Below are positions 24,330 through 37,389 of a stretch of DNA of 64,000 nucleotides, piece by piece (position 1 is the first letter of the stretch; each line of letters begins with the position of its first letter). Source of the stretch: Camelus dromedarius (Eukaryota); contig NC_087436.1 in the NCBI RefSeq assembly GCF_036321535.1, positions 116,996,001 through 117,060,000 of the forward strand. Direction: 5' to 3'. The notes beneath the pieces are model-generated. The model was not told the DNA's origin, searched no databases, and saw nothing but the letters and a program-made list of their open reading frames with translations. Both the position numbers and the translations under genes were made by a program.

Positions 24330-26637
24330 TACACATATACACACAGGCCCTTTCCAGAGTCCCATGTCTCAATGTTCTTTGGAGGTAAAATGTACGGCTC
24401 TGTTTCAGAGCAGCTGCCTGCTCTTAGCTTCGTGCAGCAGCTCTCCATGCAAGAGCCACCTCCAATGCACTGTGGTGGCACCTTCTGCGGGTTCTTCTTG
24501 CACCTCCTGATTCCCACCTAAGCACAGGAGTGGGAATTCCCAAGATCAGAACTGGTGGTTAGAAGCAAATGACTAGAAAAAGTGTGTTTAGGGGACAAGT
24601 GAGAAGAGATGTTTGGCCAATGGGACCATCCCTTGTTCTTTCACTTGATGTAAGTGAAGTGTAAGTTGTACATCCATAAAGCGGGGAGAAGTACGCCCTT
24701 TATTCCTTCTTCCTTCCTGGCTGGGGCCTCTATAGTCTTCTTGGATCATTAAGTGATCTTGGGAATAGAATCCACCCACGGTGAAGCAACAAAATAGGAG
24801 CTGGGGTCTTGCTTACTACAGAAGGCTGCGTTATGCCTTATATTCAAGATTTCATGAATATGAAGTCACTCCCCCTCACTTAAGAAAAAAGTGGCCACTG
24901 CACAATCTCATTAGGATTGAGAAAGTCTTTCCCATCCACCCTGAAGTTGGTGAAAAAACAGGGGAAGATTTCTGGCCATCACTGTGGTGGAGAGGGTTTT
25001 CATACCTCTACCGGTAGAACAGATCACCACTTGGATGGCACAACTTGATGTATGGTCAAAAGAGGCCTTCCACCTCCACAAACATTAACAACCTGAACAC
25101 ACACAGTTTTTTCAGGGACATCTTATTCCTTGTGGCCAAATACTGAAAATGGCCAATCTTAAGTCACCAAAATGGAGAGACTGGTGCCTCAAGACATAGT
25201 GCATGCTATAAAAAATGGTAGGGTTTGACATGACAAAGCTTGTTTGAAGGACATATTAATGTTTAGCTGATAGTGAGATTCTTTAGCTATTAAATGGTCT
25301 CAGCTCTGAGTCATAACCACTTGACAGAATAGCTCTTCCTGGACTTCCATGGACATAAACTTCTCCTCTGGGACTTCACCTTAGCTATGCATCCTGAAGG
25401 CTGTGTTTAGTAACCATTAATCCTGCCAGGAGCTTCAGAGATGTGTTTTAGCCCTGAAGTATCGCGGCTTACACATGTCTGCTCATCCGCAGAGGCAGCT
25501 CAGTGCCCGGGTGGTTCCCAGAGCACTTGGTCCTTGTGGGATTGGCATATACGAGGACACATGGGGCTTTCAGGATGTTGGTCAACTGGGGTCCGGGTTC
25601 ATTGCAACTGATGGGAGACATTCAGAGCCCCCTATGAGGTAACCTCAGTCCCTGTGTCCCATGAAGACCAGATGCAAACAGAGCAGCTTCCCTCTGAAAC
25701 CTGCAGGTCACCCAGATGGCCCTACAGAGAACATGGCCAAACGCCAGCAGTTGATGACACAGAATTCTACTGGGGGAAGGAAATGAACAGAGGGAGTGAT
25801 TTTACACTGAATTCATTTTGCTGACTTCTTTGGATGACTTTGGGCTCATATCTACCCACTCTATTGATGCCAGTTGTAAAAAGAGTGCTTAGAAACCTAT
25901 CGCATGGAGTTCCTCACAGGTGGTGCCCACCAGCGCCCCCTTGTGGGGAATAATTGTTGAGGCAGAGGAGGAGCCAGAGCCAGGGCTAGGATCACATGCT
26001 GTCCTTCTTCCTTGAGAACTTCCAGAAAGGCCCAAGGGAACAGCCAGTGAAGTTATCTTCACCCACTCAGAGAGAAAGATGTCAGAAGTCAGCCTCTTTT
26101 GAGTTGGCCAAACCTCATCTTCCTTTCTGTAGAGACGTGCCCTCACATATGGGACAAAAGAACATGTTGTTTTACCAACAGGGAATGTGGTCGTGGAAGA
26201 CCTTCTCACCTTCCCCAACCATAGCAGTGACCAGGACCCAGCTTCCTCTGGTTACTAGAATTTGGAAGCTGGAGAACATGTGTGACTAAGTGTGGGAGCC
26301 CAAGATTGGGTTAACAAATTGCAACAGCCGCTTGTCTCCTTAAAGAAGAGCAAACGTGCTTAGTAACTGCCTTGCAAGCAGGCGCCTGTGCATCCGCACA
26401 CCGGTCTCCTTGCGGTAAAGAGCAGACAATGCCTTGCTTGCATAGCTGAGGTCTCAGATAGCACTCTGCCCGTGGCAAAGCAAGGACCCAGGCCCTCGGC
26501 TATAAACGCTGGGCGTGCCTGCTGTTACATAGTCTTCTATCCCCAAAGCAAGGACTGGCTGGGCTGGTGGTCTGCTTTACCATATCTGTAAGGATGTGTG
26601 TTGTTCCCCTCTCCCCATGACTTCCCTAAAGATAAAC

Positions 26638-27134
26638 TGTAGGCCCCCAACTGTGGGACCAAAGGAATGAGCCTTGGGCTGGAATGGTGAACAAGTCATA
26701 AAAAGCTGCAGACTCAGAGGCGAGAAGGCTGGTTAGCCACTGACGAGTAAGATTCCCAGAGGGGGGGCAACCTAAGTCAGGCACAGCCGCCTGAGTCCAA
26801 GAAAAATGTTAAGCAGCTGCTTCTCATACGTTCCACCCTGATAAGCTGTAAGGCTCACTGGTGCCAACACGAACATGATTTACCAAAACATAAAGGGTCT
26901 TCTGACCTTGAGCCAGACTCTACAATCTCGATCCTACCCTGTCTTTCCCTCAATTCCTGCATCCCATCACACAACTGTCAGTGATTCCTCCTTTGACTGT
27001 ACACAATAAACGTGGGAGCATTTGAGAGGCTCGTGGAGCTGGCTCCCGACTCCCTCTCGCCTTCTTGACTTTTTCCACAGAGTCTCGAGTAATTCATTCC
27101 GTCTCGGTGGGACTTCTGCCGGCCAGAACCCACA
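26638..27134 (+). mobile_element. Solo LTR, probably relatively young
   Basis: TGTAGG...CCCACA termini, AATAAA near 27005 followed by a U5-like segment retaining many CpGs; TSD unclear. Confidence 0.7.
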
Positions 27135-28224
27135 ACTAAGAATAATGTTTTCTGAACTTTGTTGCTCCTCAATTCTTTCCAACAGAAACTCTAAAGACTT
27201 GAGACAGATATTAGAGTCAATTAAGTATAACCATTGCTAGTTATGTAGGAAAAAAACTAGCTCATGCACATTAGAGCCTGGCCAGCTCGAGTACATGGTG
27301 CGTGACTAAGTAAAAAGCACCTAGACATGTGGTACTATTTAAGACATGAGAACTAACTTTTTTCTTAAACAGTCAAAAATGATTAGAGCTCCAAATTTTT
27401 AAGATTATTGTTTTAAGACAACAAAAGAAAAAGCCAAGTGGATACTTTAGCCTCTTATCTGGTCAGTACCTATCCCCACTTAAGACAAGCTGCTCTGCTC
27501 CCCACAAAATGCTCTTACGCTTTTGTGCACACTGTGTGCACCCCTGCCCCACAGCCTGCATGATACGTAATATCCTGGAAGAGTTGTGTCAGGTGGACAA
27601 GTTGGGCGTGGGCTTTCCTCGGGGTGGAGGAGCTATCATCTCCTTCCTACAGGCTAGGGCTTTAGCAAAGGCAGCCAGACTCTAAGGGTTCAGTTCACAA
27701 AACTTCTAGTCCTTAAAGAATGAGCAGGCATGTGTGAAGTTAGAGGATCCAGAGAGGGAGCGAGGCTGAGATTGCTTCAGGAAAACTTGGAGGGACACAA
27801 GAGAGACAAAGATGGTGTATAGGTGCTGGGGGAGGTGGGGGTGGGCAATGACCAAGTTTGGAGCTTAATGACCTGAAAAATCTACCTGAAGAAGGCAGAG
27901 CCACCTTCTCTTCATTCCTTTTTGTGTAGAAATACAACATCTGGGTGTAGCTCCCACCTTCAGACACAACACTCTCGAGTCTCTTGGCTGCACCTTTCCC
28001 AGATCAGACAACAAAGGAAGAATGTCCCAGTTGGAGAAGGTTCTGTTCTGACACCAGGTTCTTTGGGGAAGAAGGGGATGGATTATGAGCTTCACTTCCT
28101 AAGCACCTTCATCAGTGAATCTTTCAGGAAAAGGTTCTACAGGGTCTCTGGTGCCAAGAACTAAGAGACAACTTGAAACAGTTATCAACCAGGGCTGGAC
28201 AACATGCCACGTCATTAAATCCCA

Positions 28225-28766
28225 TGAAAATGAGCAGAACTTTGTGGGGCCTTCCCGGATAGAAAAGCCCCTCTGTGTCCCCGTTTGTAGAAAAAAAAGC
28301 TCCTTCCCAGACTTCTGAAGAGCAGACTCAAGCACTTACTAATCAGAGAAGTGAAAATGTAGCAACAAAGGGAAAGAAGTCAAGTAAGAAATATGACACC
28401 TGAAACAATAGTTTCATGACAAATCACAGGACTCCTAGTTTTTCCTCAAGGGATACATGTAACAACCTGCTGCACATCTGAGTTGTTCTACAGAAACTAA
28501 GACCCCCCACAAGGGGGAAGAAAGTGACCCCATGCTGATCAGAAGCACATCACCCACTGGCTTCAACCTGTCTGGGGACTAAGATTCCCAAAACAAAGAT
28601 CTTGCCTGAAAGCACTGGGGAGTTCAGGTCTTTTGAACATGAGCTGCCCATTCTCCTTGCTTGATGCCCTGCAATAAATGCTGTACTTTGCATCACCACA
28701 GCTCAGCACAAGTAAACTGGCTTGGTTGTGCATCAGTTGAGTGGACTAAACTTAGGTTTTGTAACA
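28225..28766 (+). mobile_element. Solo ERV1-class LTR with 4-bp TSD
   Basis: TG...CA termini, CCCA duplicated at 28221-28224 and 28767-28770, AATAAA near 28673; same family as 13836-14492. Confidence 0.85.
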
Positions 28767-28892
28767 CCCACAGTGACAGAGGCTACATGGTTGTGGCTGA
28801 GAGGAGAATGGCTAAGAAAATACACAAAGAGGTCTGGTATTTCAGGAGAAGCTATAAATTCAGGCTCCAATTCAGAATCCAGCTCACTGTGT

Positions 28893-29436
28893 GGTAGGGA
28901 AAAACCCTTCCTTTATTTTCGTAGGGTGCTCTGGTGGGTCAGAGAATTAAATTGACCCAAGATAGATTAACAGAAAGGAAAGATGGAAGTTTAACACATA
29001 TCCTTCCTGTATACACTGGAGAGACCCAAGAAAACTCAGTAGCTCACCAAAATGGCTGGAGCCCTCACTTTAAATGTCAGCTTTGGCTAAAACCAAAAAA
29101 GGGTGTTGGGGGTGGTGGTTTGGCAATTAAAGGAGGAAGAAGGCAATTCACATGGAGATGGAAAAGCAAATGTTTGGTAAACACAAGTTTGCTGGGTCAT
29201 GCAGAGACAACAGAGTGGACTCTGATCTCTGGGCCCTGCGGGTTCCCCCTAACACATCTAGCCCACAGTCTTTTTAAATAACTCTGGTGTAGACCTTCCA
29301 GGAACAGGCCCTTTATCTAAATTCTTTAGGCAGCTAATGGGGAGGTAAAATAATTAATGAGTCTATTTTAAACAACAACAAGCCTAAAATACATGCCAGA
29401 AAGACTATTTTCGGTGGCAAATTTTGTTCCCCTACA
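28893..29436 (-). mobile_element. Solo ERV1-class LTR
   Basis: Inverted termini GTAGGGAAAAA...TTTTGTTCCCCTACA and the AGATAGATTAACAG motif seen in Laurasiatherian LTRs; strand tentative. Confidence 0.65.
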
Positions 29437-29655
29437 ACATTGATGTACATTTTCCTCACTGCCCACATAGAGCAAGCAACAGAGATGATGCCAGTCTCCC
29501 AACTACAAGAATTCCACTGCAGTAACAGGAAGCACAGTTACTATAGGGATGTATTTACCCTCAGGGTTTGACATCTGACCTAAGTAGCAAAGATGCAATA
29601 CTCAGTGTGAAAGGAAAATCAAAATGAGTGGATATTGCTAAGAGCACCTGAAATC

Positions 29656-31250
29656 TGACATGGGGGGCCACAGAGGAATGGGACTCATGCACACCTCAGA
29701 CCCAGTGGAACCTGAACTTCTGACCACTTATCTTAATGCAGGCATCCAAAATATTTACACGTGTTCCAGAAACTCAAGGTACTTATCAGACCCTTCCTCT
29801 AAACAATTCATGACAGCTTATCCTTTAAGGATAAATACTTCCTTTGTGTGTGAGAGTCAAAATTTTTTGCAAGACAACTCTAACAACATTTTGGCTTCTG
29901 CCTTTATAAGACCAGAGTCTTATACTTCCTTTTCCCTGGAGTTTTACTGGAATCTGTCTGTCAAATTGCAATTCCTGGACCCCAAATAAAACTTTTGGTA
30001 GCCTTGAGATTGATTATTCCTGGACATGATATGGTGTCAGAGGCAGAAGCTAAAGTAACTTCACCTCTGCCTCCAGCACTGCCACAGACACATGTAAGGT
30101 GTCCCTTAAATAGTGTTTCCTTGATGGCTTTGGATCATAGGAGTAAGTCCTCTTATTTCAAACCTCCCAGCCAGTTTGGCCCTGGTTCTCCGTCATTATT
30201 TGGGTGTCTTCTCTTTACTGGAAAGGGGTGCCATCTTGCTGAGGACTGTCATGGGGGCCTGGCTTCTAAGGGCGCTGCTGACGTGCAGCTATTACTGAGA
30301 GCTCTGGCTCACATGATATTTAAGATTTACAAGCCCTCTTCTCAGTTTGTTGAATTGGACTAAAATCACCGGTGATAAATGAAACTCTGTTGGCCCACTT
30401 GCGGCTCACTGAAATTCCCAAGTGAGTTTACTTTCATGCTCAATTGGAGAAAAGCCATAGAGCAAGACAAAGAAGAATGGGAATCATTTCCAACTGGTAT
30501 TTTGAGGCCTCCAAACATATGACTCCACTATTGCTTCCCTCAGGAAACCCAACTTGCAATGATCTCAGAGATTTTCCAAATTGGATAAATCCTAAGGCTT
30601 CTAAGAGCTTTCTGTCCCCCTGGCTCCCTCTGTTCCTTCCTGTTCCTCTCAGTGACCACCACAAGTCTCTCCTCCTTGCTGTCTCTCTCTTCGAACATCC
30701 TTTTATAACACTGAGACTGACCCCCTGCAGAAGGCTAGCCATACTGCCCTCCTTTAATGACAGCCCCTTTTAAACCAGGTCCAGTGAGGACGGAGCCTAT
30801 ACTCCTGGACTAGGGTAGAATTACATGCACAGCTAAGGTCTTTCTTAATATTAAAAGAGGATTCCATTGAGTTTGCCAGGCAATTTGATCTCTTCACTGA
30901 AACATATAAATCTGAGTACCCAGGTTGATATCATTAGACAGAACCTGAAGCACAAGCGGACATACTAGAGTACAGATGGAAGCTACTGGTTGGAAAGATC
31001 CTACTGGTGATTTTTCTAGAGTAGGCACAAGGGGACAAGCATACATTCAAAAGTTGGTTAATGATCTCCACCAATTCCCATTCTATTTTCTAATTGTGTT
31101 GACTGGTGTGTTATTCAACAATGCATCGACAGCCTGATAAAAATGTCTGATTATAGCCACTTTGAGAAATACTTTTAAAACTTCTGCCACTAAAGACTTG
31201 ACAGATGACATGGACAGTTTATTCATTCTAACATTACAACAGGATTACAC
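29656..31250 (+). mobile_element. Class I ERV remnant: LTR (~29656-30026), tRNA-Leu-like PBS, decayed gag; from 29955 it is the right part of duplication copy 2
   Basis: AATAAA near 29985, LTR ends ...GGACA, then TGGTGTCAGA at 30032 (complementary to the tRNA-Leu 3' end); gag paralogous to 2281-3607. Confidence 0.75.
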
Positions 31251-33102
31251 AGCGAATTCCTATCTTGACCTTCATGCAATATTCCCTCCACCATATTACC
31301 AAACCAAGGAATGTCAGAGCTAAAGTTCCATTAAGAGGACACACCTGTGTCAAGTCCTCCAGGCAACCTGGGTTGTCGATCCACCTAAGATCAGCTGAGA
31401 GGCTGAAGACCAACCTGACCCATCAGTAGAGAATTTGGACTCAAGGGATTTCTGTCTTCAGCCCTTCCCCACACGAGTGGGAAAAAAAGACACACACCCC
31501 AAGTCTGACAGCAAAAGGTATGGGAGTTGACACTGATGACCCAAGCCCACAATAGATTTTGTGCATGTGATCAACGTTCATTGGATCTTGCCTGAATGAA
31601 TTAAATTCATTCATTGGTATTCATTTACCAATTCATTCATTGGTAAATATGTACAAAACACTCTTCCAGAGAAGGTGAAAAACTTCACCTGGATTATCAA
31701 GTATTCTGTGATGAGAAGGAACTTTGAGACTAAGCAGAATTGTCAGGCAGATGAGGATAAAAGGAGGATCTAGGCTTGTCCAGCAGGGGCTCCGATGATG
31801 AGGGACACAACCAGCCCCTCCCTCACCCACATATACACACATCTGTGGGCCAAAGTCCAAGGAAAGGATCTTTGGAAGCATTATTCTTAGGGATCTGGAC
31901 AGTATTAATCCAACCACATCCCCAGATTAGGTTCTGCAAGGACTGCAAACAAGAGAAGGAGCTTAACATGTTGCTCTTGACTCCCTGTTTCAACCATGGG
32001 TTTTTTCAGTAGAGCCAGGTGTGCTATAGGGAATGGGAGCCAATAGAGGCAGGAATGTCAGCAGAAACAATTACTCTTCTCACCAAAATAAAGAGCATAA
32101 AATGCTCAAAATCAAATGAAGAATGGACTGTTCTAGAACTCAGAAGTCTATTGTTCAAATACTAAATGGAAACAAAATAAAGCTTTCAGCTTATATTTCT
32201 CCCTAGGCACTAAGAAAGTGTGTAACACTAGAAATACAATAGCTTGACATTAAAATAATCATGCGGGTGTAGAAACTTAATACATGAGCAGCCAATGAAA
32301 AGCTGAGTTGTCGATTTCTTCCAACACATAACGACTTACAAAAATTACATGGTCTCCAAGGCAGGTCTAATTATATATCTTTAAACAATGTACATTCATC
32401 TTATAGCAGATTTAAAATGAATGAGACAAGTAAAACAACCCTGAGAATCTAATGAATGGAAAATATCCCATTATCAGAGTTCTGAGACATTGTTTCTGGC
32501 AGGTACAACTGGAAGTAGAAATGGAGGCAATACTTAATCTGAAAACTCTCCCTAGAAGAAAAGCCACCACCACAAGAGGATGGGCATTAGGAATGCATCC
32601 ATGGGATCATGATAGCCTCACTCCATTGGTACTGAGCCCATACCCCTTTCTCTGAAAGGACAACCTAGGATGCTTGACATTCTTCTGGAAGGAATGAGTG
32701 GCAGAGGCTAGGCATGTTCCATGCCATTCTCTGTGTCTGCTTGGTTTTGGCACAGCATGGAGAACAGTAACATGCCTGTTGCCTGCATCTCACTGCAAGC
32801 TCCTTCAATCTGTTTTTCAACCCTTGGGTTTTCACCAAAATCTCAGAAGGTTGCTCAGCCTCAGGTATAAAGCACATTCCCCATTTTAACCAGCCTTGAC
32901 AGGAGTTCCATTGATAGGAACTGCGAACAAATCATCACTGAGACAGCCCAGCAGTGAGTATGACGATTTGTAGCTCTGATTTCTGAGAAGAACGAAACTC
33001 AGAATCAAAACAAGGGGCTGATTTCAACGTCATAAATCTCATCTCATGGTAGTAAAGAGCAACCCTCAGACCCTTTGTGACAAAAGCCATCCAGGCTGAA
33101 TC

Positions 33103-33260
33103 GATCTGACTCCCTCTGTGGGTTAGTCAGGGCACAGAGCACCTCAGAAACACAGTGATCTTATCACTGAGGGCCAAGAGGATGTACTATGTCCACTGGC
33201 TACATTCTCAATAGAAGCCTTTCTGGCTCATAATTCTGCCTCACTGAAGTTAGTTGAGCC
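33103..33260. other. Second conserved island, copy 3
   Basis: 7 mismatches in 158 nt versus 5418-5575. Confidence 0.6.
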
Positions 33261-34379
33261 AAGCAGTATAGTAGCACAGTAAACAATGTGGTTTCAGAGC
33301 TGTCTGCTCTGAGTATCTTGGACTGGTCCTCCACCTTCTCAAAGAAGGTGCTGGTGTTGACCATTTTGGACACTGTGCCCAGACTATCTGGGACAATTCT
33401 ATTTCTGCCAAAAGCATCCATTTAAAAAAAATTGCAGAGGATACCTAGTTACAAGCTTTCTGCATTCAGTCCTTTGCTTCCTCCATGTGACTATACAATG
33501 CTGCCCCTTGAGACATCACAGCCTCCTCAGAGCAGGCACCCAAGTGTTTTGAAGCCCTGAGAAGACAGTGCTCCAATGCAACAGTCAATATTCCTCAATC
33601 AAGTTCCAGTGATGATGGTCTGGAGTAAGGTGGAGAGCCAACCTCTTCCAGGGAAGCTATGTGATAAGAAACATCACATTGACCATCAAGATTTCCAGGA
33701 TGGGAAAGAACCCATTGAGACAAAGGAATAGGAATGTCAGGTAGACAAGAGCTAAACAACATAGGCTCTATCCAGCACAGTCTCATAATGTGCACCACAC
33801 GCCCCTTACACCCAGACCTGTGATCAGGAGTCGAAGCAGAGTAGTTTTGCAAGGATTTTCCCCAACTATGTCAGCACAGTGGAATAAGCACTTCCAGAAT
33901 GGCAGAGTAAGGGTCTCTAAAAATCTTCCCATATAAAAAGCAGTGAGCACAGTGACAAAATTGTTAGCTTTTGCAGGACTCTGGAAATTAACCCGGTGTT
34001 GCAACAATCCAAAGAGCATGTATTCCAGAAAGAAAAAAAAATGTAGCTAATACTTAGAATGCCAAAAAGCTCATTGTTCTAACTTGTTTTATTCTAATCT
34101 CCCCAGTTCCACAGTTGACTTGAGAACTCACAGCCTCACAACAATGGTAGCCATAAAAAAAAGTCAGCCTATTAGCCTTTGTAGGGTAAAATTGGGTTTG
34201 AGTCTTCATAAAAATCCCTTGCCCCAGAAATCGGAACAATTTGGCCTGTCTAGCACTTCCCAGTAAAAGCCCTGTTCTGGGTTTGTCTTTAGTTGACCTT
34301 AGAGCTGGATCACGGGAAACAGAACTATTCCCAATGTGCTCCTCAACAAAAAAAACAAAACAAAAAATTGTTTAACACA

Positions 34380-35690
34380 GAGGTAGCATTATCAGATGGT
34401 CAAATAAGAGACAAGACATTTTATTTATATAAAATAAATAAATAAAAATAAATAAATTTTTGGAAAGACTGGAAAAATAAATAAAAACTTGGAAAGACTG
34501 GAAGGAGACGTTAACAGGGCATTTTGAAAAACCCCAGCATATTTCTGGGACCTTAGACGGCCACATATGGATAGGTGCATGGCTGTGCACAACCCCTAAA
34601 AAGATATGAGAAAGCCCTAATTTTTCCTGCTGAACTGAGGCTCACAGTGGAGAGTCAAGGCTGAGGCAGAGTTACAACTGCCAGATAAAGGTGTGCTCCA
34701 ACACACAGGGTGCCTCTTCCACAACTAGAAAACTTGTTGGTCCAAAACACTTAAGGAAATAGCTATCTAATCGTGAAGTGATTAAGATAACTGAGCAGAG
34801 TTCGATGGCTGAATATAAAGAATTAATATTAGTCCAAAAAGCCAGGAAACAATCAAAAACAAACCCTGGAGTTAAGAAATCTGATATCCAGAGCTGCCTA
34901 TGATTTAAAATATCCAGTCTAACAAACTTGAGGTATACAAATATTCCCATACACAGGGAAAAATTCCATCAGTAGACACTGTTCCAAGAAAACCCAGGTT
35001 TGTACTTACTGTAAAAAAAAAATTTAAATGAGCTATTTTAAATACCTTCAAAAAGGTAAAAAAAAAATCATGTGTAAAGAATAAGCAAAGTATGAGAACA
35101 ATGTCTCAAGTAGAGAATATCAATAAATAGAGGTTTAATGAACCACACAGTAATTCTGGCATTGAAACATACAAATTCATTTGAGGGATTCAGTAGCAGC
35201 TGAGAGCTGGTGAAAGAATGAATAAGAAAACTCAGAGACAGGCTGAGACTGCAGCCTGGGGAAATAAGACATGAGCAGAACCTCAGACACCTGGCAGTGC
35301 CAGCCTCAGCACACCAGCACGTGCACAGTGGCAGTCTAAGGAGGAAAGGACGGACAGGTATTTGAAGAAATGGGTGTAAGCATCCCAAGCTGACCAAACA
35401 TTTGACATAACCAAGAAGTTCAATCACCTCCAAAACTGGATCAACTCAGATCTACAGCTAGACACACAGTCCAACAGTTTAGAGACAGAAGCTGGGAAGT
35501 GGCAAAAGAGCCGCTCATCACGTACAAGGGAGCCTCAGTAAGATTAGCAGCTGATTTCTCAGAGATCATATATATACAAAACGGCATTAGAACCACATCA
35601 AAATGTTGAAAGACTTTTCAACCAAGAATTCTTTACCCAGTGAAACTAGCCTTCAAAAATGAATCAACACAATTCCAAGTGAACAAAAAC
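34380..35690 (+). mobile_element. Ancient L1 5' region and decayed ORF1 (paralog of 6700-7935)
   Basis: CTCAGTAAGATTAGCAGCTGATTTCTC signature; collinear with the copy 2 element. Confidence 0.75.
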
Positions 35691-35817
35691 AGGCAATTGA
35701 GGCAACAAGCCCTTCTCATCTCACTTTCCCATCCTTGACTAGACCAACCGTGGTACCAAACAGAGCCCACATTTTACCTCTAACGGCCTCTTTTCAGACA
35801 CAGAGAATGAGATAACA

Positions 35818-36109
35818 TGGCCCTTGATTTGATGGTCCCCTCAATCAATCTCTAGTTTATTTCTTCACAGAAATGTATGCCAGAGAAACTGAGAGGAATA
35901 AACACGAACTCAAGCAGGCTGGAATGGGTCTGCCGACCATTCCTGCAGGAAAGGAGGCATAGTTATCCTCTCAGGAGAGGAGCAAGTTGTGGTGGATGAG
36001 GTAGGTGGGAACAGTGTTTCATTTCAACAGCCCTTCCTTATGCTCCCTTTGGGAAGAGGGAGCCACGTAAGCAGCACATGGGCACTTGCTGTAAGTAGTC
36101 AGGCATCTG
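35818..36109 (+). other. Homogenised core, copy 3; candidate exon 35871-36000
   Basis: 7 mismatches in 292 nt versus 8075-8366; both splice-like sites preserved. Confidence 0.7.
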
Positions 36110-37019
36110 GTACTGTGTCAATGCACATGAAGAGATTGGATTTCAGTTCACTCTAAAGAGTACTTGCACCTGCTCCTGATGCAACTGAAGTGAAAGAAAG
36201 GGAATGTTTTCTTGTCCACGCAAACTGCAGAACAGAGCACTGCAGTGAGCAAGACTGAGTGTCATTTATAGAAAATGATTCATAACTAAAAAGTTCTTTT
36301 GGATGTGGCTCCTCTCTTGTGGTACGGGGTCATCAAGTTCTTCCTGGTGCAAAGGCTGACTGCTTCGTGCAATTGGGCGTCTTATGCCCACAGAGCAGGC
36401 TGAAGAAATAATGGGGCAAACCCAATGAAGGACTTCCTTGTTTGGAAATCCTCAGTGGAACTTGGACTTTAAACATATTTGGGTCTGAGGAGCACCCATA
36501 TCAACAGCTGCTCCCACCAACCCACAGACCTGTGAGGACAAGAACGGACATTTCGTGTTGTAGACCACTGGAGTCTGGGCACTGTTTGCTAACTGACTCA
36601 GAAGATGTCTGTGAGAGAATCCTGTCATTCAGCACTGCTGCCCTGACTTGTGTTTCATCCTCAAGTACTGGTTTCTCCCAGGAAGGACAGGATGAATGTT
36701 CCATAGTAAATTTTTTTGTTACCACCACACATTTGGTTGTGAACTTAGCTTTCATCTTTGGACAAGACAGTGAAACACATTCCAGAGTAGAACAAAGCCC
36801 ATCCTGGGATGCAGTACTAGGGCACCCTCCACATGTCAGTCAAATGATCGAGCAAGGTAGAGTTGACCATGTCTGACTTTGAGAAAACCCTCCTTCTGGT
36901 AAATGTGTTTTCCTATTGCCCCTAAGATTCCTGTACATATCATGGGTCAGCTGTTTCCTTGAAAATCCCCCCTTGTGGTCAAGGTTTTCCTTTTCTTCCT
37001 ATCCCTCTTCTTTCCTGCA

Positions 37020-37385
37020 CATTGTGATATTATTAACATACAATGTATTAGCTTCAGATGTACAATAATGATTTAATATTTGTTATGTATTGTGAAGTGA
37101 TCACTACAGTTAATCTAGTCACTATACATAGTTACAAAATTTCTCTTAATGACTTTCAGGTTTATTCTCTTAGCAACCTTCAAATATCCAATACAATATT
37201 AAGTATAGTTGTTATGCTGCACATTACAGCCTCACATCTTATTTTATAACTGGCAAGTTTGTACCTTGACTTTCTTCAGCCATTTTGCCTAACCCTTACC
37301 CCTGCCCCCTACCTCCAGCAAAACATTCATTGGTTTTCTGTATCTGTAAGCTTTTTAGATTCCACATGTAAGTGAGATCATGTTT
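37020..37385 (-). mobile_element. L1 3' UTR fragment, antisense
   Basis: TTTTAGATTCCACATGTAAGTGAGATCAT signature; paralog of 1915-2280. Confidence 0.8.
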
Positions 37386-37389
37386 TGTG

